Assembly (NCBI GenBank): GCA_964016885.1 | Contig: OZ024741.1 | Location: 86,738,001 to 86,802,000, forward strand | Reading direction: 5' to 3' | Length of the DNA stretch: 64,000 nt | From: Eledone cirrhosa | Taxonomy: Eukaryota | Part shown: in pieces, positions 45,659-63,090 of the stretch | Numbering within the stretch: the stretch's first letter is position 1 | How the letters are laid out: every line of letters begins with the position of its first letter | The notes under the pieces: model-generated | The model's input: the letters and a program-made list of their open reading frames with translations, nothing else | What the model was told of the DNA's origin: nothing | Database searches by the model: none | Program-made: the position numbers and the translations under genes

Positions 45659-48600
45659 AATTGCTGAACAGTTAACCGCAAGTACACCACTAAAACCCAT
45701 GCCAATGCTGCAAGTGTGTTGGCTTGCCTCAAAAAAGTATTAGAGGGAGGGTCCAGCACCCTTGTAGTGTGTGATTGAGTGTGCCGGTCTGCTATATCAC
45801 CTTTCTTCCTTATTATTTCCCTCCTTTCCTTTTCTTCTTTTTTTTTGTACTGTATATCTACATAGTCTTATGGTTATTAAATAAGCCGAATACTCTGTTT
45901 AAAACCTATATAGTCTTGTTGCAAAATGAAATGAGGTTGGATATTCTCATTTTTTTGTCCTATTTCTCATCTTGCTGATACTTGTGGAAAAAGGATGCAG
46001 GCATGCCCAAATGGTTAAGAAATTCATTTCGCAATCCGGAGGTCCAGGGTTAGGTCTTAACATATAACATATATTGGACAAGTGTCTTTTGCTGTAGTTT
46101 TTGATTCACCCAAGCCTGTGAATGTGTTTTGGTAGAAGGATTTGTTGGTGCCACTCTAAAACACATGGAGTGCATTTTATTGTAGCCTCATCCCTTACAT
46201 ATAGGATGGGGGTGATGACTTGGCCTAAGTGAAGCATATTTAGGGGAGGGAGGGTAAGTAAGACGGATGATAGTTATGATGTCAAGGGTGAGTGATACCA
46301 AGTGTGACAAGTGTGGTGGGATTTAAGGGGTGATATGGAGAAAAAGGGTGAGGAATTATTTCATGGGTATATGACAACTGTAGTAGATTTAGAGAGGAAA
46401 AGTATGGGGGATAACCTCTGAATAGGACAGACACAAAGCTATGAGTAGTGTCATGGGATTTAGCAAGGTGATGAGAAGGAGGAGGGTTGAAGGTGATCAT
46501 GGATAGAATGGTTGGGGTACAGTGATGGCGAGAATAATTACTAAGGAGTAATGGTGCTGGGGGTATGAATGGGTCAGGTCACATTTACATTCTATACTGT
46601 TAGGTGAGTTTTCTCCAGTACAACATGTTGCCAATCCTCGCAGTCCTTTATTGTGAGATTCAGTTTCCTAAGGTTGGGCTTCTCTACTTTATTCCATATC
46701 TTTTCTATGTCTCGTACACGAGTCCTATTGACTAAGATTTTTTTGCCTTTCTTTATACATACTTCTGCCATCTTCCATATGCATCAAATGTTCATACTAC
46801 ACTACATTCAATTCCTCTTATACCCAGTTTACCTCTCAGCTCACTTATGCTACTTTGTTTATGTACAATGATGTTCCAATAAGATTGTTGCAAGTCAGAC
46901 ATGAAAAGTGAGGGAATTCCAAAGGGGCAGTATTTTGGGCAGGAATGACCTGGCACAATGGTTAGTGCCAAGTCATTCTTGGGGGAGAAGGCACAATATA
47001 ACAAGAAGAGGAGGGATGAGTAAATCAGGACTGCCTAAGTTGAGGTGGCACAAGACAAGTTAACCTTGAGAAACAGAGACCATTGTAGTGGTAGTAAAGA
47101 AGCAGGGAAAGAAGACAGCATATCTGCACACCAAAGACTGGAGTATGTCTGAGTGACTTTATGCTAGTTAGTTGAGTGGCTTATCTCTAGATGCAATTCA
47201 GGATGTCTGTGTGTGTGCAGCACCACCACCCTAGACACAAGAGCAGCACCACATCATGGGTTGCATCTGAGTACTGCCGAGGGTCAGCAATTGTTGAGGA
47301 CAAGAATTTTAAATGTACTTAAAAAGAAAGACAAACCCCCAAGATGCAGTCCTATAGCTATGCTAAATGACACATGCTCTTATAGGTCAAGAGAGGTCAT
47401 GGGGGTCAAAATTGTTGCAGGATCTAAATCAAACTACTAAATTGTAAAGAAAACAACCAGGCCAAAGTGTATATTAAAAAAAAACAAAGTATGCTACTTC
47501 GATATGGAGTGAAGGTGTCTGAAGTAAACTTTAAAACAGAAGGACGTGTGTGGTTATGAGTCACATACTGGAAGTAACAGTGATCCTATGGGTGGAAGGG
47601 GAAAGGAGAGGACCTCTGTCCTTGTTCAGATTTGACATGAGAAGTGTCTTGGATCTCAGGTGAAACCCTAATTTCTGGTCAGAGTTATGGTGTGAGTATG
47701 AGTCTTGGATTATGCAGCTAAACAAGAATGATAATCAGAGAGGACTGGCAATGTAAACAATTTTGCATTTTTCCATCACACACATAATTACCTATCTAGC
47801 AGTGGTACACAGGTGCTGAATACATATATTTGTTTTGCAATGTTTTTGATATGAAACTGTGTCGAAACCAATATTGTTATACTTGGGGAGGGTCATATTG
47901 TTATAATATTGCCAGAAATAATAACAGAACACACTCACTGTTTGGTTTGGGTTGGTTTTCGCTTCTGTATCTTTTATATCTCCATAGTTAATTTGTTTGG
48001 CAATCAATGTTTATCATTGATTGACCAACGGTTAAAAATATATATATAGTCTATCAAAGTTCTTTCGTCACACATCTGCGACAACATCACTGGTACTATT
48101 ATGTTTTCTCCCATTGTATTGTAATGTCTACGTCTTTTTTTATTTAATTTATTTATTCTTGTCTCTGTCTCTGCGTGTGTGTTTAATGTTTGGTGTGTAT
48201 TCTATCTTTGTTCACTAGTGTGTGTTTGTATGTGTTTGTTGTTGTACTTGTGTATATATTTATTTATATTTCCCTTAAGTCATAATTGTTTGTTTGGGTA
48301 TGGTTGTTGTTGGTATTTAGGGTAGTTTTAATACTAGCCCCTATTGCATGTGCGACCATTTTTCTCACCTGATCATTGTTTGGGGGTTACTATATGGCTT
48401 TGGTCTATCCATTCCATCTTCCTATGGGAGTCTTTTTAGCCATTGAGGTAATGGTTGTGGTGGTGGTGGTGGTGGGGGGGTAGTCTACCTCTTATAGGTC
48501 TTCTGGGGCAGAAACAGCTAAGGTCATGATTATCTAGGTATTCGGTGTCATAAGTAAGTCTAAGTAGGAGGCCCAGTTCATCTGTGCCGACGTCGCAGAA

Positions 48601-49445
48601 CTCCACTTTGCTCTCACTGATTATTTCCACAAACACACAAACACACATATATATATATGTATTCGTGAGTTTTATATCCTTTTGTTCTATCGGTGGCATA
48701 GAGAAACAATCGACAACGTTGTTTCTAGATTATTGTACTTTGTCAAGATTGTCTCTTTCTGTCACTCACTAGAACTCTCAGGAATATATAGTATTCTCTA
48801 AAGTATACATCAGCTGATTAGCCTCATTTGCAAATCGCTCGGTATGCAAATAAGGTTAATCAGCGATGGTAGACCCCTTATCTGGATTGTTACATGTTGC
48901 GACACACCTTCTCTGACAGCCACTTGGTGCATTTAACGACTAGTCCAGGCTTCGATGCTCGTCGGGCTGAAGAGGGAAAACTGTTGAAGTATCGGTCGCT
49001 CTCCGATAGTTTTGTGGTCAAGCCTGTGACAGTGGAGATTTTCGGTATTCGTGGCCCTCGGACCACAGCCTTACTGTTATTGGAGTGGAGTTGGCTACTC
49101 GCACTAGTTAGCCCCGCGAGCTGGAGTGGCTGTTCCAGTGCATCCCCTTGCCTTCCTCTTGGGTAACCTTTTCCCCAGTCTCTCTACTGGGACTACGAGA
49201 TTGTCTAACCCTTAAACATATTTCTTTTTTGTTCTCTCAAGGTTACAGGACAACTAGCTTTGACTTCTTTAGTGTAAACTAGCAGAATGGCCTGGCGTTG
49301 CTCGAGATTTGCTCTAGGGTTCTTATATATTTGATATATATTTATCCTTATCGAGCCTCGTGAAATAAATACGTTTGTTTATATTTTGTTATTGTGTATG
49401 CAAAAATATCTGTACACGAATATATAATTATATATATATATATAT

Positions 49446-50300
49446 TTAGCAACGGAGGTGGGTGTTCGGAAAGTAAAATAACTAGGGTAAGAACGGTATG
49501 GAAGAAGTTCAGAGAACTACTGCCACTGCTAGCTGCAAAAGGCTTTTCCCTCAACATAAAAGAGAGACTGTATGATGCGTGTATACGAACAGCAATGTTA
49601 CATGGTAGTGAGACCTGGGCGCTGTCTGTGGAGGACTTGCGTAGACGAGAAAGAAACGAAGCCAGCATGCTCCGATGGATGTGTAATAGTAATATACGCG
49701 AACGGCAAAGCATAAATGAATTGAGAGAGAGACTGGGCATAAGAGGAATCAAATGCTGTGTGCAAGAGAGGCGGTTGCGTTGGTACGGACATGTGATGTG
49801 TATGAAGGATGACAGCTGCATAAAAAGGTGCAGAGCACTAGAAGTCGATGGAAGCCGCGGAGTGTGGAGATCCAAGAAGACCTGGGATGAGGTGATAAAA
49901 GCCGACCTTCCCCAATTACACCTCTCAAAGGTGATGACACGACCGTGACCTCTCGCGTCGCGCAGTAATACAGAAGAACCAACCCCCACCGGTACAAGCT
50001 GAAGCTGAAGCATATAGACAATATGTCCCCACACCCCCCCACTGCAAAGCGGTCGTGGAGGTGCCATGGCAAAAAAGCACCCAGCCCACACTGTAAAGTG
50101 GAAGTGTAGGCGCCACAGAAAAAAGCACCCAGCACTCACTGTAAATGAGGTTGGTGTTAGGAATGGCATCCAGCTGTAGAAATCAAGCCAACATCAGTTC
50201 CCGTATGAGCAAGACAAGGTCAGCCGACCGGACACTTACCACAACAGGACAACCCGTCTAACCCATGCTAGCGTGGAAGAATGATGATATATATTAATGA
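49446..50300 (+). mobile_element. Duplicate RTE LINE 3' fragment
   Basis: ORF 49394-49948 carries AMLHGSETW and RLRWYGHV. Confidence 0.88.
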
Positions 50301-52532
50301 TGATATATATTAAAATAACAGATTAAAGTTTAAGCAAAGAATCGCTGCTTTCACCCTTAACGGGATCTTCTGAAACTAAAAAAAATCAATCTGTGAACGT
50401 AGAAGTAAATATTTCGAAAAACGTTACACACTATATATACAGACAGATATTATATGGGCGAGACTTTATAGCTATGTATCTATCTAAAAAGAAAGACTAA
50501 GAATTATAGAGAGATCGCCTAATGCGGTCCCTGGAGCATTGAAAATTTGAAATTTTCTTTGTTCAAGTATTACATGTGTAAAGTTTGAAAACAATCAGTT
50601 GGGTGGTTCTCGAGTTTTAGGGAGTCAGACAGACACATTCTCTGTTTTAGAAATATAGACTAGCAGAAAACCACTCGTGGGCGGTTTTCTACTAGTCTAT
50701 ATATATATTACACACAGAGAAATGTATATATATTTCTGTGTGTGTATATATATATATATATTACACACACAGAAATGTATATATATTTCTGTGTGTGTAT
50801 ATATATATATATTACACACACAGAAATGTATATATATTTCTGTGTGTATATATATATATATTTCTGTGTGTGTATATATATATATATTACACACACACAG
50901 AAATGTATATATGTTTCTGTAGCACTCCTCAATCCCCCCCCCCTCTCTCCCTCCCGCTATCCCCCTCTTGTAGTCTGTCTCTTTCTTTCACTCTCACTCC
51001 ACGCGTGCGCAAAAAACATTCGCACGCGCGCACGTGTTTTAGCGTCTATTCACTCTCTCTCTCTCCCTCCCGCTATCCACCTCTCGTAGTCTGTCTCTTT
51101 CTGTCACTCTCTCTACGCGTGCGCAAAAAGCATTCGCATGCGCGCACGTGTTTCCACTGTCGGACAGACAGACAGAGAAATTGCTGGTTATATATTATAA
51201 GGAGACTAGCAGAAAACCACCCAGTGGGCGGTTTTCTGCTAGCAAATCTAGTGTATATACTGATATTTTTGAGATTTGGATGAGAAAGGTTTTCGGCACC
51301 ACATGTTCACCGTCTCTCGGTGTGTCTTTTATGCATGTATAAATATATATGTTATCTATACGGTGAAATCTTTGAAATAAATATATGTTAAAACGAAAAA
51401 GGAGAAAAAGAGATTAGTGACGGAAATATAAACGTTATGATATAACGATGGAAATATATAAACGTTTATGATAAAATGATGGAAATAGAAACGTTTATAT
51501 ATAATGATAAGCCGAAACACGCGTAAGCCGAAACACTCGTAAGTCGAAACACTCGTAAAGCGAAACGTATAAATAAAGATTAATGTAATGAATTTGAAAA
51601 GCATAGAGATTTGAAACCGCGTCTATAGGTGTGTAAATTTCAGACGGACAGACAGACAGACAAACAAACAGAGAAATGCCCATTATATATTATAAGTAGA
51701 CTATCTAGTACCCGTCCTTTGAACGGGTGAAGTAGCTTTCGATGTAGCTCATTAAAGTAAACAAAGTAAATTTGAATACATAGAAGAAATACGTACTTTA
51801 TGTAAACATGAAAACTTAGCGCGTGATGGCTTAAACTTAAATAACTTTTAATGTATGTGTGTGTAAACCAGCGTTCGAAATCGGAGACGCTGGTCGCGGA
51901 GAAAGATAACTCTTGTCATACTTAATCACGAACATTGGCAAAAATAATCCAAATTTTGATATATCTCCAAAGGCCGCAATATCGATTTTTGAAAACCTGT
52001 GCCGCTCAATTACAGGTCTTATGCTAGAAGAAGCTCTGTAAAAAAATTTCAAAGAAATAGGATATATGAACCATCAATGAAAACAGATGTCGACACACAC
52101 AAGCCTGTACTGAGAGATTGGAAGAAACCTGTGCAAAGTTTGACCCATTGTCACTTTTATCGATTTTTTACCTAAAAAAAGTGGTTGTCAATTATTCGCA
52201 ATATTGTGCCGACCTGCCCTGATAAATTTATGCTTGATTACAAAAAAAAATTGAAAATCGGCGTTGCGGATCAAAAGTTGCTGCATCACAGACACAGAGA
52301 GACAGACAGACAGACAGCAAGATATGTATATCTATTTTTTTTTATAAAGCTTATATAATAATTTGTTGAATAATTATTATTTTTAATTAATATTTTAAAA
52401 TTACCAAGAGATGAGAAGCATCAAGAGAGTTATCAAGAGAGCCAATTATCAACAGAGTCAATTATCAAGCGAGTCAATATGCACTTTGAATTTTTTTCCT
52501 ATTAATATTTTAATTAGAATTTAATTTTGTTA

Positions 52533-52644
52533 GCCAAAGATACCTCAATTTTTAACAAAATCAGAATTAGAAAGGTTGTTTCTCCTCGATTTCGTTTTTA
52601 AAAAAATAAGGTATTTCGTCCTTTTTAGGACTCATCAGTTTGGC
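52533..52644 (-). ncRNA. Type I hammerhead ribozyme in the RepHel 3' UTR (copy 2)
   Basis: Sequence appears identical to 14999-15110. Confidence 0.9.
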
Positions 52645-52670
52645 ATAAACGATGAATACATTGTTACACT

Positions 52671-55600
52671 TTAGTTCCTAAAAACCTCAAGAAAGACAAC
52701 ATTTTTTACTACACCATTCTGGTTTTCGGGAACTAAAATCGTAACATTTGCCGGATTTGTTACCCTGCTTATTGCAACATAGAACTGGCCATGCGAAAAG
52801 AAATCATTCAGGCAGCTTATACCAATATGTGATTTGTTGGAGGTCATCGCAAACGATAATTTAACAGGAAACTGTTTCCGGTAAAAATCGAATGGAACCC
52901 TCTCTTCTTCGCTATGAAGCTCAATTCTAGGCAAATGAAACAATTGTCCCTTCTGAGGGCCCACCGCTACTTCGAGTTCGAGTATTCGTGTGTGGATATT
53001 TTTTACAACGTATTGAGTACCGTTGCAATGTCCCTCGGCGGGACATATGTTTCTGAGCAGAATAACCGGAGCACCTATCTTCAGTTTCAAAAGGTGATCC
53101 GGCATTCCAGGAAGAACTATAGAGTTCAAAGTGTCCACTGAAACATGATGCTTTCGGTCTGTTTGCTCGTGGTTACGATCAAACGAAGGGATTACTATTT
53201 CCCTACCGGGCAATCTGTCAAGGACTTTTTGATTGATCTCGTCTACATCCTTATTCGTGGGAGTAATGATTGCGCGATCGGTCACCCAATTCACATAATC
53301 ATTCTCGCCCAACCTAGTTGACACATTAGGGTATATCCTATCTATCAATGGGTCAGGCGTGTCACATGTCATGAAAAACTGAGGGGGAACTTCAAAGTTG
53401 TGGGTCCTCCGATTGTCCTGTCTGCGATTGGCGACACCATCCCCAATCCTCAAAAGGAGGGCTTTAAAATCAATGGAAGCCTGATCGATCCCGTTGACCC
53501 TCATGTTTGTATTCAACTTGAAAATGTTGAAAGTATCCCACGATGGGTGATTTTTTAAAGTAGAAGCGACAATTTGTGGTCGCTCTCCATTAGGATCAAC
53601 TGGGAGAACTTGTCGCCAATTGCCGGAGAGTAGCATGGTGACACCTCCGAAGGTTTTCTTGGATGGTTCCACCCCTCCGCGGACGAATCTTAGAGTTTTA
53701 TCCCAAAACTCCATCAGGTCCCTACTGAACATGGGGGCCTCGTCCCAAATAATCAGGTCAAGTTTCGCGAGTTTTGATCCCTTCTGGATACTAATCGCTG
53801 TTTTATCTTGCGGATTCAAAGGCAACTTCATCCTTGAGTGCAAGGTTGTGCCGCCTTTAAGCAATAGTGCCGCAATGCCAGATGAGGCGCAAGCAGTCAC
53901 CTTGTAACCCTCACTGGCAACCTTTTCTACTATCGCATTGATAAGATAAGTCTTGCCAGTTCCCCCGTGTGCGTCCACGAAAAAGTTTTTTCCCGAATTC
54001 TGCCTCACCGATTCCAATACGGCGTCATAGAGCGCCCGCTGATCAGCATTCAGGGAGTTTTCAACCTCCAAAATGGACTCCGAGCTTGCTGTGCTCTCAT
54101 AAGAAATCCCAATTTTCTGATTCTCAGGCACTCTAACCTCCTCGATTGGCTGGGGAATGTTGCAAGTATCCATTTTGGTGCCGTAATTTAGCAGGTAAGC
54201 GTAAACCTGGTGCAATGCCCTATTGTGTATGATATCCACATCCGCAATGGGGTCTGCTCGGACTAAATCATGTGACATCCAGTCTTTGTGGTCATTCCAC
54301 AGTGACAGGGCGTCAGTCGGCTTCCAAAAGTGGATAAGCATTGCGAACATCCTCCGCATCATGCGAGAGCTCATCGAAATCTGAGCATCATGCAATACTA
54401 AACTGATTTCGTTGTCCGCCTCCATGAGCTTGCGGAATACTGCTGCCTCTTTGAAGGTCGGAAAAACTTGATCGCCTACTGTTCTGAGATCGGTGTAGCA
54501 CTTGGGACCTTTTGTTTTTAAAAGCAAAAGGTAGAGGGCGAAGGTTTCCTGATTACCACCTGAGTTTGGTAAAATGTTCGGCATGCGGGATATCTGATCA
54601 CCCCTGGGCATGCCGAACTCAGGATCATTCTCGCCCTGTACTCGACGCTTCCAAAACCTTTCTTGGACCATCCAGACGTAAAATTTCGGAATATCCAAAT
54701 ACAAAAAATTGTTGGCCTTTTCATCTTCTCGATTGAGAGTGAAAAATTCGGTCAATTTCGTCTTGGATAGTTTTTCCAGGGTTTTTGAATCGGGTTTAGC
54801 TAACTTGGGGTCATAAAAAACTTTTTGTTTCCCTTCGAGGTGGATATCCAGCTTTAGGATCGAGGGGTACATTCCGTATTGGGCCAGGCAGAGTAACCAC
54901 CACATCGCCTCAACGCTGGACATATACCTACCGTTAAGGTATATCCTAACCTCGTTCTTTTCCTGGTCATCCATAGGGTTCCCCTGGTCATCACAGACCT
55001 TTTCCACCTTATAGTTGATGTGGTCGGCACCTTTTAGTATATATTGAAATATAGTGACCCCGGCCACCACCTCTACGTTAATGTGGCACTGAAATATGAT
55101 CCCAAGAAAAAGATTGTGTGGAACAACATCCCTGCTTGTTACCACACACTTTTTTTTACCTTTCTGATGAATTTCCACCTGTCCACCATTATTATCGGGC
55201 GTTCTACGCCTGTATTCAGGGTAGTTAGCCTCGTTAAAATTGGTCACATTGTTATAGTCCTTCGGAAACATCTTAGAGCAAGAAGTTCCGTTTTGGGACT
55301 TTTTACACTGCTTCATACAAGGACACCGGGGATTAAAAACACCGCAAGGACCGTGGATCATTTTTGTAATCACAAAATTATAGGCCAGCTTCTGATTTTT
55401 GGTATCCCCTGTCGGGATTTCAGCGCTAATGAGACTATCAACATCCTCCGTGGATGAAATCTTATCGGTCTCGGCCAACCAAATTAAAGCGTGGACATGT
55501 GGGAGGCCTCTTTTCTGAAATTCTATTTTGTAAGTGTATGCAACACATTTACCAAAAATACCTCTCTTTTTGATTTTCACATCAAAAAGAAGCCTCACAC

Positions 55601-57002
55601 GTTCCATGAAACTCCTGCAAATTAGATCAGGCCTAAATTTTGCAGTTTCATCTTTATTATTTCGAGATAATTCTTCTATTTTAGGCAGTTTAGGATTGGA
55701 GGTCATGGTCACAAAAAGGTCTGGACATCCAAATTCTCTGACCAGTGCCATTGAATCTCTTTACAATTTTTTGTACCACTTTGGAGTCCCAGGAGTCGAT
55801 TCGGACAGGACGACGCCGACTCCAACCTCTGCAGGATTTTCACAATCCTTTAGAGTGTCGACCGATTCAAACCTATATGACCCCTTAATCCTTTGCTGAT
55901 GCTTAACCTGAAACTGGAAATTAATGTAATCCAGACGCATTTTCATGTCTATCGCATACTGGTGCAACAGATTACCGCTCAATATAAGAGGGTTGAAAAA
56001 ATTGTCCTGGACCATTAAATAGTACTTGATATACTGCAACAAAGTTTCTTTATGGCCAGTTTCTGTTTTTGGGTTCCAACGGCTCCACCCATTTTGGCCA
56101 TAATTGAAAATAAGGGGATAGCCCAGAGGTTCATAAAACGGGCTTAGGAAGTCAACACGGACGTATCCTTGTTTTCCTGCCCGTTTTCTCATTAAAATGA
56201 CCCTCCCAAGTTCCTTAATATCCTTCTCTTGGTAGAGCCCCGCTATTTCAGACACCGTAGGGAGAAGATGAGTTTTATTGGCAGGCAGACAATCCCCTAA
56301 CACCAGCCTATATTCGGGCATCTGTTCGAGCATTTCGTATCCCGTTTTGAAAGTTCTTGATAGAATATTCTCATCCGGGATGAAATCATTGAACATAGTC
56401 TGGATATAGTTCAGAATTGCACGGTACCGAGGCTCGAACTCAAATTTTTCCCTCTCGAGTTTTTGGGTCTCCTTATCAAAGATGTGCACCTGCGCATATC
56501 TAGGTCTTTGGCCTGCTTGCGGCTCAAGTCGGACCATCGTTTGATACGAAAACCCATGAATTTTCATACTCGGCTTCACTTCACCGATTGGAAGCTCAGT
56601 ACAGTGCATATTACTGAAGGCAAATCCTGTGTTAAGACACCTTGAGAATTTAGCGAACATTTTTGCATATTCGTCATTACCCTCATATAAACTGGCGATT
56701 TCCCCCCCTGGGCGTTCAAATTCAGGGAGTTTAACCTTGCCATTCATGCAACACAATCCAGGTGGCTCTAAGGGCAATTTGTACGCCCCGCAATGCTCAC
56801 ACGGATTGTCCTTATATTTGAGGTGGATTATCTCCGAGTCGAAATCCACCTCATCTATGGGCTTAAAAGCAATACGGAAGTATTTTGGGTCCTTTTTGAA
56901 GGTCCTATTGTAATAGGCCTCAGAGTGCCCAACTTTGTACTTGTTCAATCTGATTTCCTGTTCTTCGGTAGTCTCAGATTGCTGAGTAGCATCTTTATGC
57001 TC
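52671..57002 (-). pseudogene. Helitron RepHel, disrupted
   Basis: TAC>TAA stop at 55761-55763, Walker A APGGTGKT>AHGGTGKT, GDWRQ>GNWRQ and a 12-nt deletion (LAKELAKL>LAKL). Confidence 0.92.
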
Positions 57003-57071
57003 ACGGTCTTTTTCCTTCCTTATGCCTTTTGAGTCCTAAGACCCCTGACCCCTAGAACGCTGCCTATCTTT

Positions 57072-58264
57072 TCACTGCTTTTCAAGTCGCTTATTTCTTT
57101 GCGACTCGGTTTCAGAGGCCTTTTGAGCTTTTCTGAGTAAAGCTGTTTTCGCAGAGGCTTCGGTGCACTTATGCTGAGCCATATACTCAGCAACCAAAAT
57201 TGGATCCAAAAAATATGTGGGCTTGCGTTTGGAATCTTCTGTCGGTTTTGCAGGCGGCAAAGTTTTATCAGCTGGAGGCGAAACTACCGCAGCTGGCAAT
57301 ACGTCTGCAGTGATTCCAGCAAATTCGTTTCCAGTTTTGGTTATTTTGGACTTTTTTGATCTTCCTCAATTATAATTGGCTTTTTATTGCCTTTTATAGT
57401 TGGGATTTGAGCTAAAACCGGGTTGGACAGAAAGGTTGAGGTTTTTCCATAATGATTTTCTTGGAAATTTATCATCAAGGGGTCAGATAGGTGTGCAGCC
57501 AGACCTAGTTGATTTAAATTAGAAAGAGTTTTTCTAATAGGGTCGAAAACAAAAACATTCTCATATAAAATGGGATTCACAACTTCCCTGCGATTTAAAA
57601 AATTAGACTCCAAAATTTTATTGATATTATAGCAATCCCTGAAAATTTTCCTGAGCAGATAAATTTGATTCTGAGTGGAAAACTCAAAATTTGTGGGATT
57701 AGAATTTAGAACCCATATCAAAGAATATAAAATTGCAAAAAGACCACAATCAGTTCCATTAGTCTGCTGCTGCACATTTAGAACCCTAAACCTAAAAACG
57801 AAATTTGGGGTCAAGGAAAAAGTTTTGAATCCATTCAGAATTCCAATTCATTTCACTGTAGCCCTGTGTCCATCATCAAGGTAATATTTAATCCGATCAA
57901 AAAAGTCAAAATTTTTGAAGTGAAGACCCGAATCTGCCAGCTCAAGCACAGGTAATGAGTCTGCATAACCAAACTTGAAAGTCAAGAAATGGTGACTGTC
58001 GCAAATAACGCCAACAGAGGCAGACTCATTAGAGCTAATAGAATTTTCCCCAAAATAATATGGGCCGAAGCCGAAAAAAATTTTGTTTGGCAGCTCTGAT
58101 TGCACCTTAATTTTATTCAAAAAATTGTATACTAACATATTCGAATACCAGGCACTATTGGAATCAACAATAGCAGCGTCCTGTGGGTCATTACAAAACA
58201 CAAATTCGCGAGAATTAGTGTTTAAGGCTTGGAAGGTGGTAAAAAAATCCACAAAATCTTCCAT
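57072..58264 (-). pseudogene. Ulp1-like protease ORF, disrupted
   Basis: Split into three ORFs (57848-58264, 57341-57814, 57072-57299); QQTNGTDCGLF is retained. Confidence 0.85.
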
Positions 58265-59046
58265 TCTTTTTTAATAAAAATTTATTTTTAATAATATTTA
58301 AATAACTGGCGGTTAGAAAAAAATATTCCTATGAAATTTTAATCATACCATTAGGTGTGAATAAGGAAATATTTTTTTATTGTCAAAACAAATGTTCAAA
58401 AGTTAAACTTCAATTTTTTGAATTATTTCGAATTTTTTCATGAAATTGAACACTGGACATTGGCTGCTGGAAATGGAAATTAAATCGTATTTAAATTTCT
58501 AACCTTATTTTATTATTTATATTTTTTCAATAAGAAATAAAAAAAAACAAAAAAAATTGAACAAATCAAACGTAGGTTATGGAACTGCGCAATCTGATTA
58601 ATAAATTACCTCATCAGCAGCAACCTTCTTCAAACGGTCCTTATTATCAGCAGCAACAACCACAAATTCAATGGCAACCTTCTTCAAATGGTCCTTATTA
58701 TCAGCAGCAACAACCACAAATTCAATGGCAACCTTCTTCAAACCACAAATTCAATGGCAACCTTCTTCAAATGGTCCTTGGCATGGTGTCAAGTCAGAAC
58801 CGCCTCGAACTGGTTACTTCTGGCTTGTGCAAGGTGTCTCTATAGCAACCAGCGATTCCCTCGGCCTCAGTGACCAAAGTCAGTGGAGAGGGGAAGGTAA
58901 TGTTTCTATAGCGACAGTGTTTCTCTTGGTAGTACCAAAGTGGAGAAAGGAAGGGGAAGGTAATATTTCTGTAGCACCTACATTTGAGTTTTAGAGAAGG
59001 AAAGACAGACAGACAGACAAACTGAGAAATGCCCATATATTTCTGC

Positions 59047-59147
<101 letters not shown>

Positions 59148-59839
59148 CACACACAGAAATGTATATATATTTCTGTGTGTGTATATATATATATACATAT
59201 ATATATATATTACACACACAGAAATGTATATATATTTCTTAGAACAAAATTATTACTAATGTTTTGCTGTTCATAACAATTGGAATTGAAAAATTACTTT
59301 TGAAATTATTAGTTATTTTATTAATGCTTACATATGTAAAAATGAAGCAATGTTTCTAATAATTGTTTCTACTTTTGGCACAAGGCCAGCAATTACCCAG
59401 TACATTACTGGTACTTTATTTTATCGACCCCGTGAGGATGAAAGGCAAAGTTAACCTCAGCGGTATTTGAACTCAGACCGTAAAGAGACGTAACTCCATG
59501 CTATGAAGCATGGTGTCCGACTCTCTACAGATTCTGCCAATCCACCGCCCTAATGTCTGTACGTAATGAGGGAGTGAGAGGGGAGAGAAAGAAAGGCAGA
59601 AGTGTAGTGACGAAGTGACTCTCTCCTCCTCCTCCTCCATCTCCCCATTCGTCACAGCGATAGAGGGGAGGAATGTTAGTGTGTTACAAAGAGAAAGAGT
59701 GAGAGTGAGAGAAACAGACAGACTAAAAGAGAGGGATAGCTGGAGAGAGAGAGAGAGAGATAGCAACAGATACAGTACAGTAGCTAAGGGATGTATATAT
59801 ATTTCTGTGTGTATATATATATACATTTCTGTGTGTGTA

Positions 59840-59872
<33 letters not shown>

Positions 59873-59888
59873 AATATATATATATTTC

Positions 59889-59953
<65 letters not shown>

Positions 59954-60049
59954 CACACACAGAAATGTATATATATTTCTGTGTGTGTATATATATATAT
60001 ATATAATGAGGAGGTTATAGTTCACTTGAAGCATTATGTAATGAGGTAT

Positions 60050-60273
60050 AAACGTTTGAATATGTGTAATAAAGCCAAAACAATGCAGGTATGGACATAG
60101 AAAAAAGAATGCAATTGTAAAAGATATTGTTGACAATTCGTCCTTTACCTTAAATTTATTTAAATAAATTCAAGGTAAAGGACGAATTGTCAACAATATC
60201 TTTTACAATTGCATTCTTTTTTCTATGTCCATACCTGCATTGTTTTGGCTTTATTACACATATTCAAACGTTT
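60050..60273. repeat. 224-bp spacerless palindrome inside a (TA)n tract
   Basis: 112-bp arms centred at 60161/60162 (AATTTATTT|AAATAAATT), with one mismatch seen. Confidence 0.9.
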
Positions 60274-61232
60274 CTATATATATATATATTACAAACACAC
60301 AGAAATGTACATATGTTTCTGTAGCACTCTTCAATCCCCCCCCCCTCTCTCCCTCTTGTAGTCTGTCTCTTTCTTTCACTCTCACTCTCTACGCGTGCGC
60401 AAAAAACATTCGCACGCGCGCACGTGTTTTAGCGTCTATTCACTCTCTCTCTCTCTCTCTCTCCCGCTACCCCCCTCTCGTAGTCTGTCTCTTTCTTTCA
60501 CTCTCACTCTCTCTCTACGCGTGCGCAAAAAACATTCGCACGCGCGCACGTGTTTTAGCGTCTATTCACTCTCTCTCTCCCTCCCGCTATCCCCCTCTCG
60601 TAGTCTGTCTCTTTCTTTCACTCTCACTCTCTCTCTACGCGTGCGCAAAAAACACCGCATGCGCGCACGTGTTTCCACTGTCGGACAGACAGACAAAGAA
60701 ATTACTGGTTATATATTATTCGTATTATGTCTAACTTGTCCGTAGAGAAAGGCAACAGTTGGCACTTTCTATTTTTGCATGTTTTGTATATGTAAACTGA
60801 TACTTGGAACTTCGTTGATTTAATGTGCATTTTAGCTGCTATTTCTAGCGTCACGGATAGGCTCATCGTTGATACGTAATAGTTATTTCGCTGGTTGATG
60901 AATTTCTTTTTGCATTTTTGTTATCATGGTTTCGATAAAGGAACATATTGATATAAAGGGTTCTTCTGAATGTTAGGAACCCTTAATTTATGAAGCCGGT
61001 GTTATTCAAGTAAGGGAAAATTGCCAACGACACCGCCTATCTAAAATCTTTACAACTTCATCTGATATAAACAGTCCTATGACAAAAATAGTATCATAAT
61101 ATATTATGGAAGAAGTTAATCACTCGAACACTTTTCACTGAACCATAATAGATTATACTTCATCTAACGTAATTACACCTTGTAAATAGAGACGTTGTGT
61201 ACCCAAGACAAAAAACTTTATCATAATACATT

Positions 61233-63090
<1,858 letters not shown>

